Below are positions 25,634 to 37,470 of a DNA stretch of 64,000 nucleotides, in pieces. The DNA is from Phoronis australis (lineage: Eukaryota > Animalia > Phoronida). Within the stretch, counting starts at the first letter, position 1; each line of letters starts with the position of its first letter. The translations under genes and the position numbers were made by a program. The notes beneath the pieces were generated by a model. It had not been told where the DNA came from, did not search any database, and worked only from the letters and a program-made list of their open reading frames with translations. Where the stretch lies: the NCBI GenBank assembly GCA_002633005.1, contig NMRA01000300.1, positions 134,336 to 198,335 of the forward strand, written 5' to 3'.

Positions 25634-26382
25634 TACACATAGTGTTTGAAATGGACCTTTCTGCTGGTCCCATCCTCAATACGCATAGTGTTTGAGATGG
25701 ACCGGGCTGCTGGTAATTTTTTCAATACACATATTGTTTGAAATGGACCTTTCTGCTGGTCCCTTCCTCAATACACATAATCTTTGAGATGGAGGGGGCT
25801 GCTGGTCCATTGTTTGAGATGGACCGGGCTGATGGTCCATTGTTTGAGATGGACCGGGCTGCTGGTCCTTTTCTCAATACACATACTGTTTGAGATGGAC
25901 CGGGCTGCTGGTCCTTTTCTCAATACACATACTGTTTGAGACGGACCGGGCTGCGGGTCCCTTTCTCAATACACATACTGTTTGAGATGGACCGGGCTGC
26001 TGGTCCTTTTCTCAATACACATACTGCTTGAGACGGACCGGGCTGCGGGTCCCTTTCTCAATACACATACTGTTTGAGATGGACCGGGCTGCTGGTCCTT
26101 TTCTCAATACACATACTATTTGAGACGGACCAGGCTGCGGGTCCCTTTCTCAATACACATACTGTTTGAGATGGACCGGGCTGCTGGTCTTTTTCTCAAT
26201 ACACATACTGTTTGAGATGGACCGGGCTGCGGGTCCCTTTCTCAATACACATACTGTTTGAGATGGACCGGGCTGCTGGTCCTTTTCTCAATACACATAC
26301 TGTTTGAGACGGACCGGGCTGCGGGTCCCTTTCTCAATACACATACTGTTTGGGATTGAACGGGCTGTTGGTCTTATTCTCA
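25634..26382. repeat. 46-bp hairpin minisatellite, about 17 units, alternating A/B variants
   Basis: Unit TGTTTGAGATGGACCGGGCTGCTGGTCCTTTTCTCAATACACATAC; two units shortened to 30 bp. Confidence 0.95.
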
Positions 26383-26752
26383 TCACTGTGAACCAATCAC
26401 TAGGGTGACGAGTTGTTATGCTCGTGCGCCTGGCGAAGGAGAATAACGGACTATTCACACCGTTCGGACTTTCACTGCACGTGACCTCATGCCTTCCAAA
26501 GCTGGACGGTTAGCGGGTTTCTACAATCGTAAACTTGTAACATAGCTCGCAGCACACTTAGGTCGATTTTGGTCATAGAGATGAAATGTTTAGGTTTTCA
26601 TTTAAAAATAAATAACAACTTTATAAACACCACCGAGCACTACTTTGGAATACCTCCCTTCAAACTCGTATATAATAACTAGGCTTTTTCAACCAGTAAA
26701 ATTATATGCTTTCTGAAACAATGAAGTTCAGGTTTTATATTTATGCACCATC

Positions 26753-26766
26753 ATTATTATTATTAA

Positions 26767-26803
<37 letters not shown>
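26753..26803. repeat. (TAT)n microsatellite
   Basis: Run of ATT/TAT triplets. Confidence 0.95.
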
Positions 26804-26806
<3 letters not shown>

Positions 26807-26859
26807 ACGTTAACCCATCTTTTAATTTAATTTTTTATTTTTAAGAAAGGTACATTCAT

Positions 26860-29836
26860 GTCAGCACTCCTGGCCAGTTACTTGTGACATTGCTGCTCAG
26901 TGGAACTCATGTTTCAGCCCGAACTTTGTTGAACCTTTGCTACGGTTTTTCTGTTTTGCAGAGCTATAGTATGGAAATGATACCATACTTAGGATGAGTA
27001 CCATTAAATTCCTTTCTGTTAACTGCAAGGGGCTTCAGAACTACCAAAAGAGAAAAGATGTTTTTAAGTTCCCCAGGGACAAAAATGCTTCAATATAATG
27101 TTTGCAAGACACTAATTTCTCTGCAAAGGATGTCAACATTGTTCGCTCGCAGTGGAGTTTCCAGTTTGTGCACAGTCCTGGAACAAATAATTCTAGAGGT
27201 ACTGCAATTCTCTTTAACAAATAACTTTGAGTACAAACTAAAAAGCATTTTATTGATCATAAAGGGAACCTTATAGTTAGTGAAATATTTTCAATGAACC
27301 GTTTCAAGGTTGTACTTGTAAAGTTATATAGACCAAACGCTGACAGTCCGAACTTCTTTGAAAAGGTCCAACAATTGATAGTTGATATGGATTTGGATTT
27401 TGGTATTCTATGTGGTGATTGGAATCTCGTGCAGAATTTTGATATAGATTGTGTCAATTATAAAAATATTAATAACCCCAATGCCAAAAACGCAGTTGAA
27501 GTCATGAAAAAGGTTTTAAGTTTAACAGATCCCTGTTTGTAACCCAAACGCTACTGGCTACACATGGCGTAAATTGAACCCTGTCAAAAAGTCAAGATGA
27601 GAATTTTTTCTCGTTTCGGATGAACTTTTGTCACTTATAAACAGAACGGAGATAATACCTGGCTATAGAACTGACCATTCAATGGATACAACTACCATAC
27701 AACTTAATAATTTCTCATCTGGTAAAGGGTTTTGGAAATTTAATTCATCAGTCCTCCAAGTCATAGAATATATACAGAAAGTTAAAGAGATTTTTTACGA
27801 AGTGAGAAAAGAATATGCAGCACTGGTTTACAATTTTGACAACATAAATCAGATACCGGATGGTGAACTATATCTTACTATTGAGGACAGTTTATTTCTT
27901 GACTTCCTTTTGATGAAAGTGAAGGAATTTACTATTTGCAATTGTTCCAGAAAGAAAAAAAAACAGATATCTGTTAAGAAAGCCCTTTTGGCAGTCCAAA
28001 TTCAATTATTGCATGATTTTTTAATCATCACCATGATGATTTTTTGAGTAATATTTTCAATGATCTTCAATCTCAGCAACAGGAACTCCAAGCACACGAA
28101 CTTAAAGGCTCTTTCTTAAGATCACGTGCTTACTGGATTGAACATGGCGAGAATCAAAAAAATATTTTCGTGGACTTCAGAAAAGAAATTTTGTTCAGAA
28201 GAACATTAACAGTTTGATTGATACAAACGGTCAAACATTATGTGATCAGAATGATATACTGAAGTCAATACGGACCTTCTATTTTGACCTTTGCAAATGT
28301 AAAGATACAGAACTTGACAATATTAATCTTCATGATTATTTGGACACATTTATTTCCCCAGACTGTAGCATACTGAGAGTACCTTACTTGACCAAGATGT
28401 GACTATGGAGGAGGTTGAAGGCATACTTAAGAAAATGAAAAATAAGTCACCCGGTTCAGACTTTGAGATTGATAGGGTCGCTAGAAGAGTTATTATACAA
28501 AATTATGAAAATGGCGGCCTTAAAATGGCGGCCTTAAAATGGCGGCCTTAAAATGGCGGCCTTAAAATGCCTCTCGTCACATCCTTTATTAAAAACTTAA
28601 AATTTACCTGGATAAGAAAAAGTTTTGAAAATAGGGATAACGCCAATGCGTGGATCCGGTTGTTGGATTATTTGCCAGATAATTCTTTGGAATTGTTAAA
28701 ATTTGGTGATTATTACTTTAAATGTCTTTTGTTGAAAATTAAAAACCCATTTTGGAAAGACGTTTTTCAATCGTTCTATGATTTACAGCTACATGTAATA
28801 ATAAATAATGGTAAACCATTATCTTTGCAGCCATTGTGGTATAACAATAATGTAATGATTGGTGGAAAAACGGTATTCTATAAGAGGTGGTTTAAGAAAG
28901 GTTTTCATAGTGTGACTGACTTGATTCATCCCTAAGGGCGACTTATTAATTATACTGAATTTTGTAAAAAGGCTGGCTTTGTCCCCTTTTAATGAATTTT
29001 CGGCATTCACCAGACCATTCAAAAGACAGAACACAGTTTTGATTACAAACAAAATGTTGTGTTATTACCATTATGGTCCAAAGTGTATGAAAATATAACT
29101 AGATCTCCAAAAAGCATTAATTACTTTTATGATTTATTTGTTAAATATCAGTACTGTAAACCTTCTTCAGAAGTAAAATGGAATTTAAGCTTAAGAATGA
29201 CCAATGAAAGTATGGATTGGGATTTCATAAATAGTGCTAGTGGCAAGTATACTGATACAACAATGAGGTGATTTAATTATAGAATTGTACATGTACATAA
29301 CATTCTTCCAACAAAATGTTTTCTCAAAAATTGGTATTATAAACTCAAATCTATGTTCTTTCTGCAGTCTCAGAATCAATTATACATTTGTTCTGGGAGT
29401 GTACATGTGTTAAAATTTTGTGGCAGAAATTACTAATTTGGCTCAAGCAGATTTTTCACATCAATATGAATATTTCCGCAAAAGAGGTTTTGTTAGGTTT
29501 TTGCAATAAAAGTTTGTTTGTACATGATCTCATGTTTTGCTTAAAGAATATATTATTATAGGTGAAAATTTAAGGAAGCTGTACCTATTTTTGATAATTT
29601 ACGGGTTTATATCATAGATTTTTGTAAAGTTGTACCTGATTTGTAAACAAAATTTTGAGTTGGAGCGACATTTAAATACGTGGAAAGATCTTGCATATTT
29701 GATTTAGACTCTCTTCCTATCATACTTGGTATTTAGTGTTGTTATTTGTGACTCAGTGTGCACACTTGCTATGTATATATGTTTGTAATATGTTTTTCTG
29801 CAAAAATAAAAATAGAAATAAAAATAAAAAAAATAA
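26860..29836 (+). mobile_element. L1/Tx1-clade non-LTR retrotransposon, 5'-truncated, RT core deleted, frameshifted
   Basis: APE endonuclease motifs from 26993 (MSTIKFLSVNCKGL, NNSRGTAIL, LYRPNAD, ILCGDWNLV, YTWR, PGYRTDHS, GKGFWKFNSS), NKSPGSD at ~28441, ENGGLKM at ~28510, NPFWKDVF, QPLWYNNN, zinc knuckle CSFC..ESIIHLFWEC at ~29355-29402, (AAAAT)n tail 29801-29839, and direct repeat AAAGGTACATTCAT at 26846-26859 and 29837-29850. Confidence 0.9.
28508..28569 (+). repeat. 4 x 14-bp tandem duplication inside the LINE
   Basis: (AAAATGGCGGCCTT)x4 plus AAAATG. Confidence 0.95.
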
Positions 29837-30732
29837 AAAGGTACATTCATAGCAAAACAACCCCTTGGGTCGATATTAATAAAACATTTTTTAAATGAAA
29901 ACTTTGCCATTTGCCTCATAACCGCTGTTAAGAATTTTCGATTAGTTTTTTTCCGTTTCATGGTTTCTATGACAAATCAACTCGCTAAACGTAAGCTATT
30001 TTTGTAAAAAATTGCAGTCGTATTCGTCTTTGTTACACAACGCAAAAACTAGGTATTTATATCGAAAATCCTAAGTGTTTTGAGATTGATGAATAAATAT
30101 CAAGTTTTGAAAGGTTCAGCGAAATCCACCGAGCCGTTTTCGAGAACTCGCTTTCCTAATTTAAAATTATGTCAGTTTGCCGAAGCCGAGAAAAAAACAA
30201 TTAAGTAGTGAGAGGTGAAAGCCTTCGGTTAGTAATTACTCGGTGAAAACTTGTTTTCGACCAGTATAACCTAAATATGATTGAACATGTTCGCTTTTTC
30301 ATAATTCACGCGCAATGTCAACTGAATTTGCAATGAGTAATTAACTTAATTATCACAAAAACGTTTAATAATCCAAGTCGATTTCCAATGCATCGAGTCA
30401 AACTAGGTCATGTAGGTGGAACCTACGTATTACGTGGGTCATGGTGGTGCATTGTGGTCCATATTAAGGTAGGTCAACAGTTCCCTGTTATACACACCAC
30501 GCGCCGACAGACTGATATGAAATGGATAGCAGAAATCGAGTCGGTGGTTAAAGCGCGTCGTGAAAATGAGATCGAGACAGCGAAATGTCAAACTACATAT
30601 AAAATTAAGGAATTTGGGTGAGGATTTATCTCTTTTTCACAGACTTTCTGTGTTTGTGAACACAAAATCACAGTGTTGTGAGGCGACTCGTAGCATTCGC
30701 TCTCTGCACCTAAAATAAGTAAGGATACCTAC

Positions 30733-30876
30733 GCGAGTCATGCACTCGACGAATGAAACATTTTCCACTTCTGCAACCAGGCGTCGCCACTTGTTGGATT
30801 AGATTCTTGTTGCTAAAACTGCACGCTTGAAATGAGCCCGCCAAACCGACCTCATAAGTACAGTCGTAACATCTGT
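30733..30876 (-). CDS. Ly6/uPAR (three-finger)-like domain, N-terminal exon
   Basis: Acceptor tttccttttcacag, donor GTAGGT, 144 bp phase 1-1. Encodes RCYDCTYEVGLAGSFQACSFSNKNLIQQVATPGCRSGKCFIRRVHDS, with the CYxC start typical of LU domains. Confidence 0.75.
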
Positions 30877-31467
30877 CTGTGAAAAGGAAAACTGATGTAG
30901 TGTGCAATTAACAACTGGTACTCAGCAGTGACCACTTTCAACCATTGTACACTTTGAAATAACCAGTGAACCCTGAGCTGTATTGAAGCTTAAAAAATAG
31001 TTTCCATGGGAACTTCGACCTTGCAATTTTTTTTTGACCTTTTTCACCTCATTCACACGCGTGTAATGGAGTTTGGCGAAAAATGACTAAATTTTGAAAA
31101 TTACAGACATAAACATTGCGCCAACATTAATGCTTTCTGACAATAATTCAAACTCACGTTGAAACACAAAAAGGCGACCGAAGAAGGAAAACTAACAGTA
31201 AAATTAAACGTTTTAATCACACTTCCACTGACAGAATATAAACTACATTTAATCACAAAAATGTCTGGACTTATTTGTACATTAATGCTGTGGTGAATTG
31301 AAGTTTTGAAGCTGTTTGTATACGAAACAAAGGACTGTGTTATTTTGTTAACAAAAAGTTTGTGAAGTAAAAATTGTGAGACAAATAGTCCGAAAGGGGT
31401 AGGAAAAAGCCGACATGAAATCAAGATTTGTTTTTGACGACTTTTGTCAGAGATGCCCCCCACGTCA

Positions 31468-31699
31468 CATGCGCGCACCCGGGGGCACCAGGAGCTCGAA
31501 AGAGCCCCCCCCCCCTATTTGGCGAAGTGGGCAAAAGGGTCCGCCTCAGAGAAACAAAAATTCTGAAAAAGTAGAAAAGGAGGCTTATGTCCACTAAAAA
31601 GGCAGAAATTAGGCGATTGCACGTAACCCCTTCTTAGTAAAAGGTCAACATTCTCAAAAAAATTGAGCCCCCCTACTTTGTAGGGTGGGTGCACGCATG
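31468..31699. mobile_element. G/C-tract non-autonomous element family 2, copy c (inverted)
   Basis: TIR CATGCGCGCACCC / GGGTGCACGCATG and internal GGCAAAAGGGTCCGCCTCAG. Confidence 0.75.
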
Positions 31700-32056
31700 C
31701 GTTGCAACCAGTACACGTTACAGGGCCATACTATAAGCACCAATTAACAGACAAATTCAAGTTCGTCTGTGNCCCCCCCCCCCCCCCAATTCCTACACGA
31801 CTGACTTTAATTCCCTGACTTCCTGTGATGTTCATATTAAAGTAGTAAGTCCTTTAATACATTCAATTCTAACACTGTTGAAATAATTTGGGAGAGCCCC
31901 GTGAAAATATAGAGCACAAATTTGCGATATCCTGAGTTTGTAAGACATGTAACAGGCATTATATGGACATTTATCAACATTTACCAAGTTTTAGTTTGAA
32001 TCCTCTAAATTGTTTTTTATATTGCAATTGCAAGAGCATTGGACTGGTGTAATACT

Positions 32057-32146
32057 CACACACAAACACACACGCACACACGCAAACACACACACACACA
32101 CACCGCGCGCGCACGCGCGCGCACGCACGCACACACATATTCACAC
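32057..32146. repeat. (CA)n/(CG)n alternating purine-pyrimidine tract
   Basis: CACACA..CGCGCGCGCACGCGCGCGCACGCACGCACACAC; a similar tract lies at 23040-23102. Confidence 0.9.
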
Positions 32147-32728
32147 ATGTAAATTACCAAGTATATTGTGTGCTCAATGATCGGAATTGTTGCGGAACAC
32201 GTATGTTAAATATCTTGCACCCAAATCTCCTATCTAGTCTGTCCGTTCACTCAGTACTTTATGTCATTGAGATGTTAATCATAAAAGTTGACTGACAATT
32301 CAGACCAAAGTCAATGATCATGAAGTTAAGACCACAATGTTCGCACACGAGTCAAACACTGTACTCTTTCGGCGTCTTTTGAAAGTTGCACAAAATGAAT
32401 TTGAAAGCAAATCAGCTGTATTAAAACACATCCGCAAAATAGAACCTCCCAACACGATTCTTTTAAAGATAAAAAGAACTTAATATTCACATTTTTGTAA
32501 TTCTACTTACAATTCGCCCATTGAAGCATTAGCAATTGGATTTATCAGGGTCCTGGAACACTCCGAACAACACTCTAGTGGATATTTTGCATGCACACAC
32601 AATTTTATTGTCTTCCTTCTCATGGTCATGTGTAGCTATAGTTTTGTTTTGAAGCTACTTTAAAACAGACTAGCAATGGGGACCTGACTCTGGTATCCGC
32701 TGTAGATATAAAAATTAAACCGCGGACA

Positions 32729-32891
32729 CCAGCTACCCGTTCAGTAACGCTAGGACCTCGCCAAAAAGCCAGACTTCGCGAGATTACGTGAGATGTTGCC
32801 GTGTGTTTTAAATGAGAACACGTGACTTTGACTAGGTTTTAGCTAGCCAAGGTCCTAGCGTAGGTCCTAGCGTCTACTGAACGCACGCCAG
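32729..32891. mobile_element. MITE family 1, copy b
   Basis: Same TIRs and interior (GACTTCGCGAGATTACGTGA...GAGAACACGTG..TTTGACTAGG) as 5165-5322. Confidence 0.8.
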
Positions 32892-35213
32892 AAATAGGAT
32901 TCTAAGTCCTTGGTAATGATGTTATTTGCAGCGCCCTCTCCTGTTGAATGTATTCTGTTCTTTTTTTAGAAAATATGCAACCTAAAACATGAAAACTAGT
33001 TAAATTATGAATTACATGTATGGCATTTAGTCATATAAGAAAAAAAGAAAATATTCAGATGGAAGTACTCACGAAATGCTACAGCTGAGGACACACTGAT
33101 TAGAAAGGTAATTTGAACTTCCGTTCAATTGTGAAAGTTTGTGCGAGCAATAATTACTTCTGTGCTACTGTTGTTCACGAAATTGTTTTAGAAACGCAAA
33201 GACTCACCTGTTCGTGTTGTTTTTGTAACATTACACCGACGTGCAATATAGAGCAAGACGTGGCTTCACCACTGAACCTTCAGCTATTTTTACAACACCA
33301 TAAATTTAACAGCAAATGGTGATGTTATGCGAGTGTATTTTTCAATTTTGTAATGGCAAATTTAGAATTGCACCTACTCGCGTCATCTAGGAAGCATTTA
33401 AGTGCCGCGGCTGCTCCCAGCAGAAAATAGGTTTGACCGTTTACTGCCATTGCTTAGGTTATCCTATAGATGGCGATAGCGCAGCTAAATCATTCTTGTT
33501 AATGTGCCAAGTTAACAGCAGGCGTCACAGGTGTTAATTTTCGTTAGTTACATTATAAATTAGACACTTGGTTTAACCATTCTCTCTCCACCCACACGCA
33601 ATCACACATCATAGCTATGCCACCTATTGAATTAAAGACGTACTAATTCTGACAAAGGCTTCAAGAGATATCGTTTTGTTTCCCAGGAAAAACAATGAGC
33701 GCGTTTTATAGACTATTAGAAAAAAACCGCTTCGACACACTATTTTGGACAATCGCCAGCAAAGCGTATTACTATTTTTATTGTAATGATCACTCTGTGA
33801 AAAGTCGGTCAATGTCGTTGGGATGTCGTGGGTCACCTGAAAATCCAGATGTATTTCCGCTACGGGTATAGGGAGCGACCTAACAGTAACTCGGTTAATC
33901 AATAAAATGGTTCCTTACCTATCTTCTGTTATAAAAGCAATTACGAATCTGCTTTGCTCATTCCATATATGTGATTTATTCCAAGTCGGTCAGTGGTTCG
34001 TTGGAGGTATAGCTAAAAACCAATTTCATTTAAGTTCGAAATTAAATGTAGTCAAACAAATTATGTTGAATGCTTTAATACGCTGTTTTCCATTAAACTC
34101 TTACCGTAGAAATCTTTTCAGAAAGTTAGTCTGAACAATAAATCTCTTATAATTTACTAAAGACAAATAGGAAGCCCGCAGAATTTAATTTTGGACAGCG
34201 TATCACTTTTCCATTGAGCTCATTTTACCATATCCTTTTGCAGTGATGGATCTACGATACTGAACGCCAGAGGGGGCGGTGCAATTGTAATTTTCGCCGG
34301 AACCCAAAAAAAATACGGCATGCCAATTTGTTTTTTTGGGTCGTGTCTGTAGGTGTTGACCATCTGACCCATACATTTTAGTTGAATTTTGCAAAAATTA
34401 CACGCTCATAACATAACAACAATATCATTTACATTTCCAAATTCCTTTAGATATAAATAAACAAAAAGAATGTCCACGACATTAACACATTTTCTAAGTC
34501 ATCACTTCGATTCTCGGGAATTTTGTGCAAGTTTTGAGCAATTTATAAAAACACTAAACATCCCAATGTTTGAACAAAACAACTAAAGTTTTTCCTTAGT
34601 TGCGGGATGCAGCAAAAATAGTGCTTTAGTTCGGTGTAGTATAGTGTTAGTTCCGAATGGAAAACGTAAAACATAGATGACGGTACAAAATTGTGATATA
34701 CGGGAAACCATAAAATGTTGACGTTTTTAACATCTCCGAACCAATGAGTTTAAGGGTAAACAGACGTGACTGTTGTGCTGGTACTGTCGCGAGTTAACTA
34801 TGCGTGACCTGTAGTGTTTTGTCAACGGGTAAAATGTCACAATATCACAACAAAACCTTTTCAGACCTATTGTCAAAATTATAGTTTGTTGAAAGTCAAC
34901 AGATATGTTACGTTTCAAAATCTCTACAACACGGCGACTGTTCCCGTGCTCTCGCTAACATCTCTTTTGGAGAGAGCCAAACTTCAACTTACTTCGCATT
35001 CCCAGTCCTTCTCAAGACCAGATACTGTTTCTAAACTGACCATTACAACAGAACGAACACAACTAGGTCTAAACTCTTTAGTTTTTCTCTCACATCGCGT
35101 CTTTGAGGGTATTGACAACCACATGCCATTAAAGATTGCTTTAAACATTGATTATAAAACACGGTTTGTGATACCATTAACTTTGACGTTCTGACGATGA
35201 CACACGTACTCAC

Positions 35214-35516
35214 TTTTCGGTGACGTAACAGGACTGCACTCATGCACCTTCAGTGGTGTGTTGCGCACGCACAGTTGCGCATTTTCGCCACATATCCCCT
35301 TATGCCTGCCTCGGACGTACCAGTAAACCCACTCGACGAACGGTGAGCTTGGGCCAATGGCGTGTTCTAGGTACACAGCCGTCCCTATCGGGCAAATTTT
35401 CTTTTGTGGTTTCAGAATGTAGTTGCCGTAGACGTCGCGTTCACCCGTGTAGACACATCGCCAGTAGATGCAACGGTCGATAGCGTCGGGGATGAAGTCC
35501 CCTACACTAATGCAAC
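35214..35516 (-). CDS. Cys-rich exon, divergent chitin-binding type-2 (peritrophin-A/CBM14-like) domain
   Basis: Acceptor cactag, donor GTGAGT, 303 bp symmetric phase 1-1. CISVGDFIPDAIDRCIYWRCVY...KKICPIGTAVY...ICGENAQLC...EC has the G.F.P..D.C..Y..C and CP.GT motifs of CBM14. Cys spacing 13-4-20-33-6-10. Confidence 0.65.
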
Positions 35517-35865
35517 CTAGTGTGTAAACATTCAACAATTACTAATTTCCACATATGCAGGAGCCTTATTAAGAAAGTTTTCCATCTATCAAACGTTATT
35601 AAAAATACAAATGTGATTAGTTTTGTTTGTTCCCTTTTCAAAATCATGACTAGCATCAATAAAAGTACATGGGACCGAATTTCGTACTTACACCAATACG
35701 GTTTGTGATTTACATGAACAATAAAAGGATGCTAAACCCAGTTTTTGCCTATTATCAAAGTACAACTTTGTTACATTTACAACTGGACCACTGAACTTTG
35801 GTCTGTAAGAGAGATGAAAGGGAAATGGAAAGAGAGGGAGGGATGGGTGGAAGGGAGAGGGAGGG

Positions 35866-35909
35866 NNNNNNNNNNNNNNNNNNNNNNNNNNNNNNNNNNN
35901 NNNNNNNNN

Positions 35910-35951
<42 letters not shown>
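35866..35951. other. Assembly gap (44 N) abutting a (GA)n microsatellite
   Basis: N run 35866-35909, then GA repeats to 35951. Confidence 0.98.
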
Positions 35952-35953
<2 letters not shown>

Positions 35954-37299
35954 AATCTAGTGTACAATACAACTTAATATAAAATATAAGATGACAATGA
36001 TTACACGCTATTCATACATTGGACTTACGTTGAAAGACTGACTTATGATATCAATACCATAAATACTTAAACATATAAACTTGGCACCTTAGTAACAATA
36101 GGGTGTAACATATCAACACTCCACAGAATGCAATGCGTTAATGGTCTCAGTAAGTGGTAATTACGTGTTCGTGTATGTTTGTGAGTGCATGTGTTCGTGT
36201 ATGTGCGTTTTGACTGTTTATAGTAAGTTTAGGTATCAATTGTTGAGTTATTTCTCTGAGAGAACTGAGTTATCATGTGTTGCTAGTTTTGGTGACATTT
36301 AACAACCGTTCGTTGATTGAAAACCATGCAAGTGTGTGTTGTTGATTTCAGTTTCGTTGTTTGTTGGTTTTGTACACGAAGGTGTATTTATAAGAAGAAT
36401 AAATGCTGGACTCTAGTTGTGCCTTACAATGAGTGTGGGTCTAGCATTTACCATCTATTGTGTCAAATGCTTTTGAAAGATCTAAAATATGACTTTGGGG
36501 TTTATCCCGGTGTTCAGATGTCCGTTAATTCTGTCAGTTACTTCGAATGTTGCAGGTTTTGTTTATCTTAATTTCTGAAAACCATAGCGATGCTCATACA
36601 AGGGATTGTACACTGTACTGAGTCATAGAACTCTGAGATGCCAAGTCTCGTACGTGACTTATGTATTCTATAATCAGGGCTTGCGACCCCGAGACGAGCC
36701 GCTAGAGTTTGTATGCTCAACTGAGTTTTGACCAAGAGCTGTAGTTATCAAATCAAGTCGAATTCCATTACTTCATTTTCCTTTTTTGGCATTTTGTTCA
36801 TCAAGCGAAACTCTTGATGTACGATTCCAGACAACCAGCAATTTCCCGACAAAATTAATCAACAAACCCGACAATTACATACTTCATTCTTTGTATGCAC
36901 CGACCTTTGGCCCAGGCGGCTTCAAACCGGGAATTACCTACCTACAAGTGGCGAAAGCGTAGTTTGAATGCTCACTTACGTCAAAAACTATGTTAAATTC
37001 TGCCCAAGTTAAGACTGAAATCCAAAACCGACTTTGTGTTTATGAAACGGTATCTTCTGAAGTTTCGTCCTCGGTAAAAACTTAGCCCGAATTTCGGTTA
37101 TCACATGGACAATTTCTTTAGTCTTAGGTCAATTTCGATGAAACGGGCCAGCGTGTGTCATTTACAGCCGTTTTTAAACAAATAACTTATCCTGCCGAAA
37201 ACGCGGAATTTCGTAATAATATTTTGGTCTAACTTGATGGTATTATTTTGCATCTGATTTCTACGGTTTCCCAAAGATAGCATCGCGCGTTTCTTTTTT

Positions 37300-37470
37300 A
37301 ATTATCTCAGGATATCCACATCCCGAATTAATTATCTCAGGATCTTGAGATCCCGATTTAATTATTTTGGGATCTCAGGATCTCGAGATCCTGGCTTATT
37401 TATCTCAGAATCTCGAGATCCTGAAGTTCCGGATCTCGAGATCCTGAAGTTCCGGATCACGAGATCCTGA
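37300..37470. repeat. Degenerate tandem array of GGATCTCGAGATCC palindromic units
   Basis: Repeated GGATCTCGAGATCCTG with short variable linkers. Confidence 0.75.

Noticed and set aside
25634-26382. CRISPR-like array of palindromic repeats
   Set aside because: Units are contiguous with no unique spacers, there are no cas genes, and the context is an animal intron.
32511-32629. Alternative first exon for the LU domain (MTMRRKTIKL...MGE with GTAAGT donor)
   Set aside because: No signal peptide, and its phase 2 would require the second AG at 30874-30873; less parsimonious than the phase-1 model.
35688-35972. ORFs with SLSLSL/ERERER runs
   Set aside because: They span the N gap and (GA)n microsatellite.
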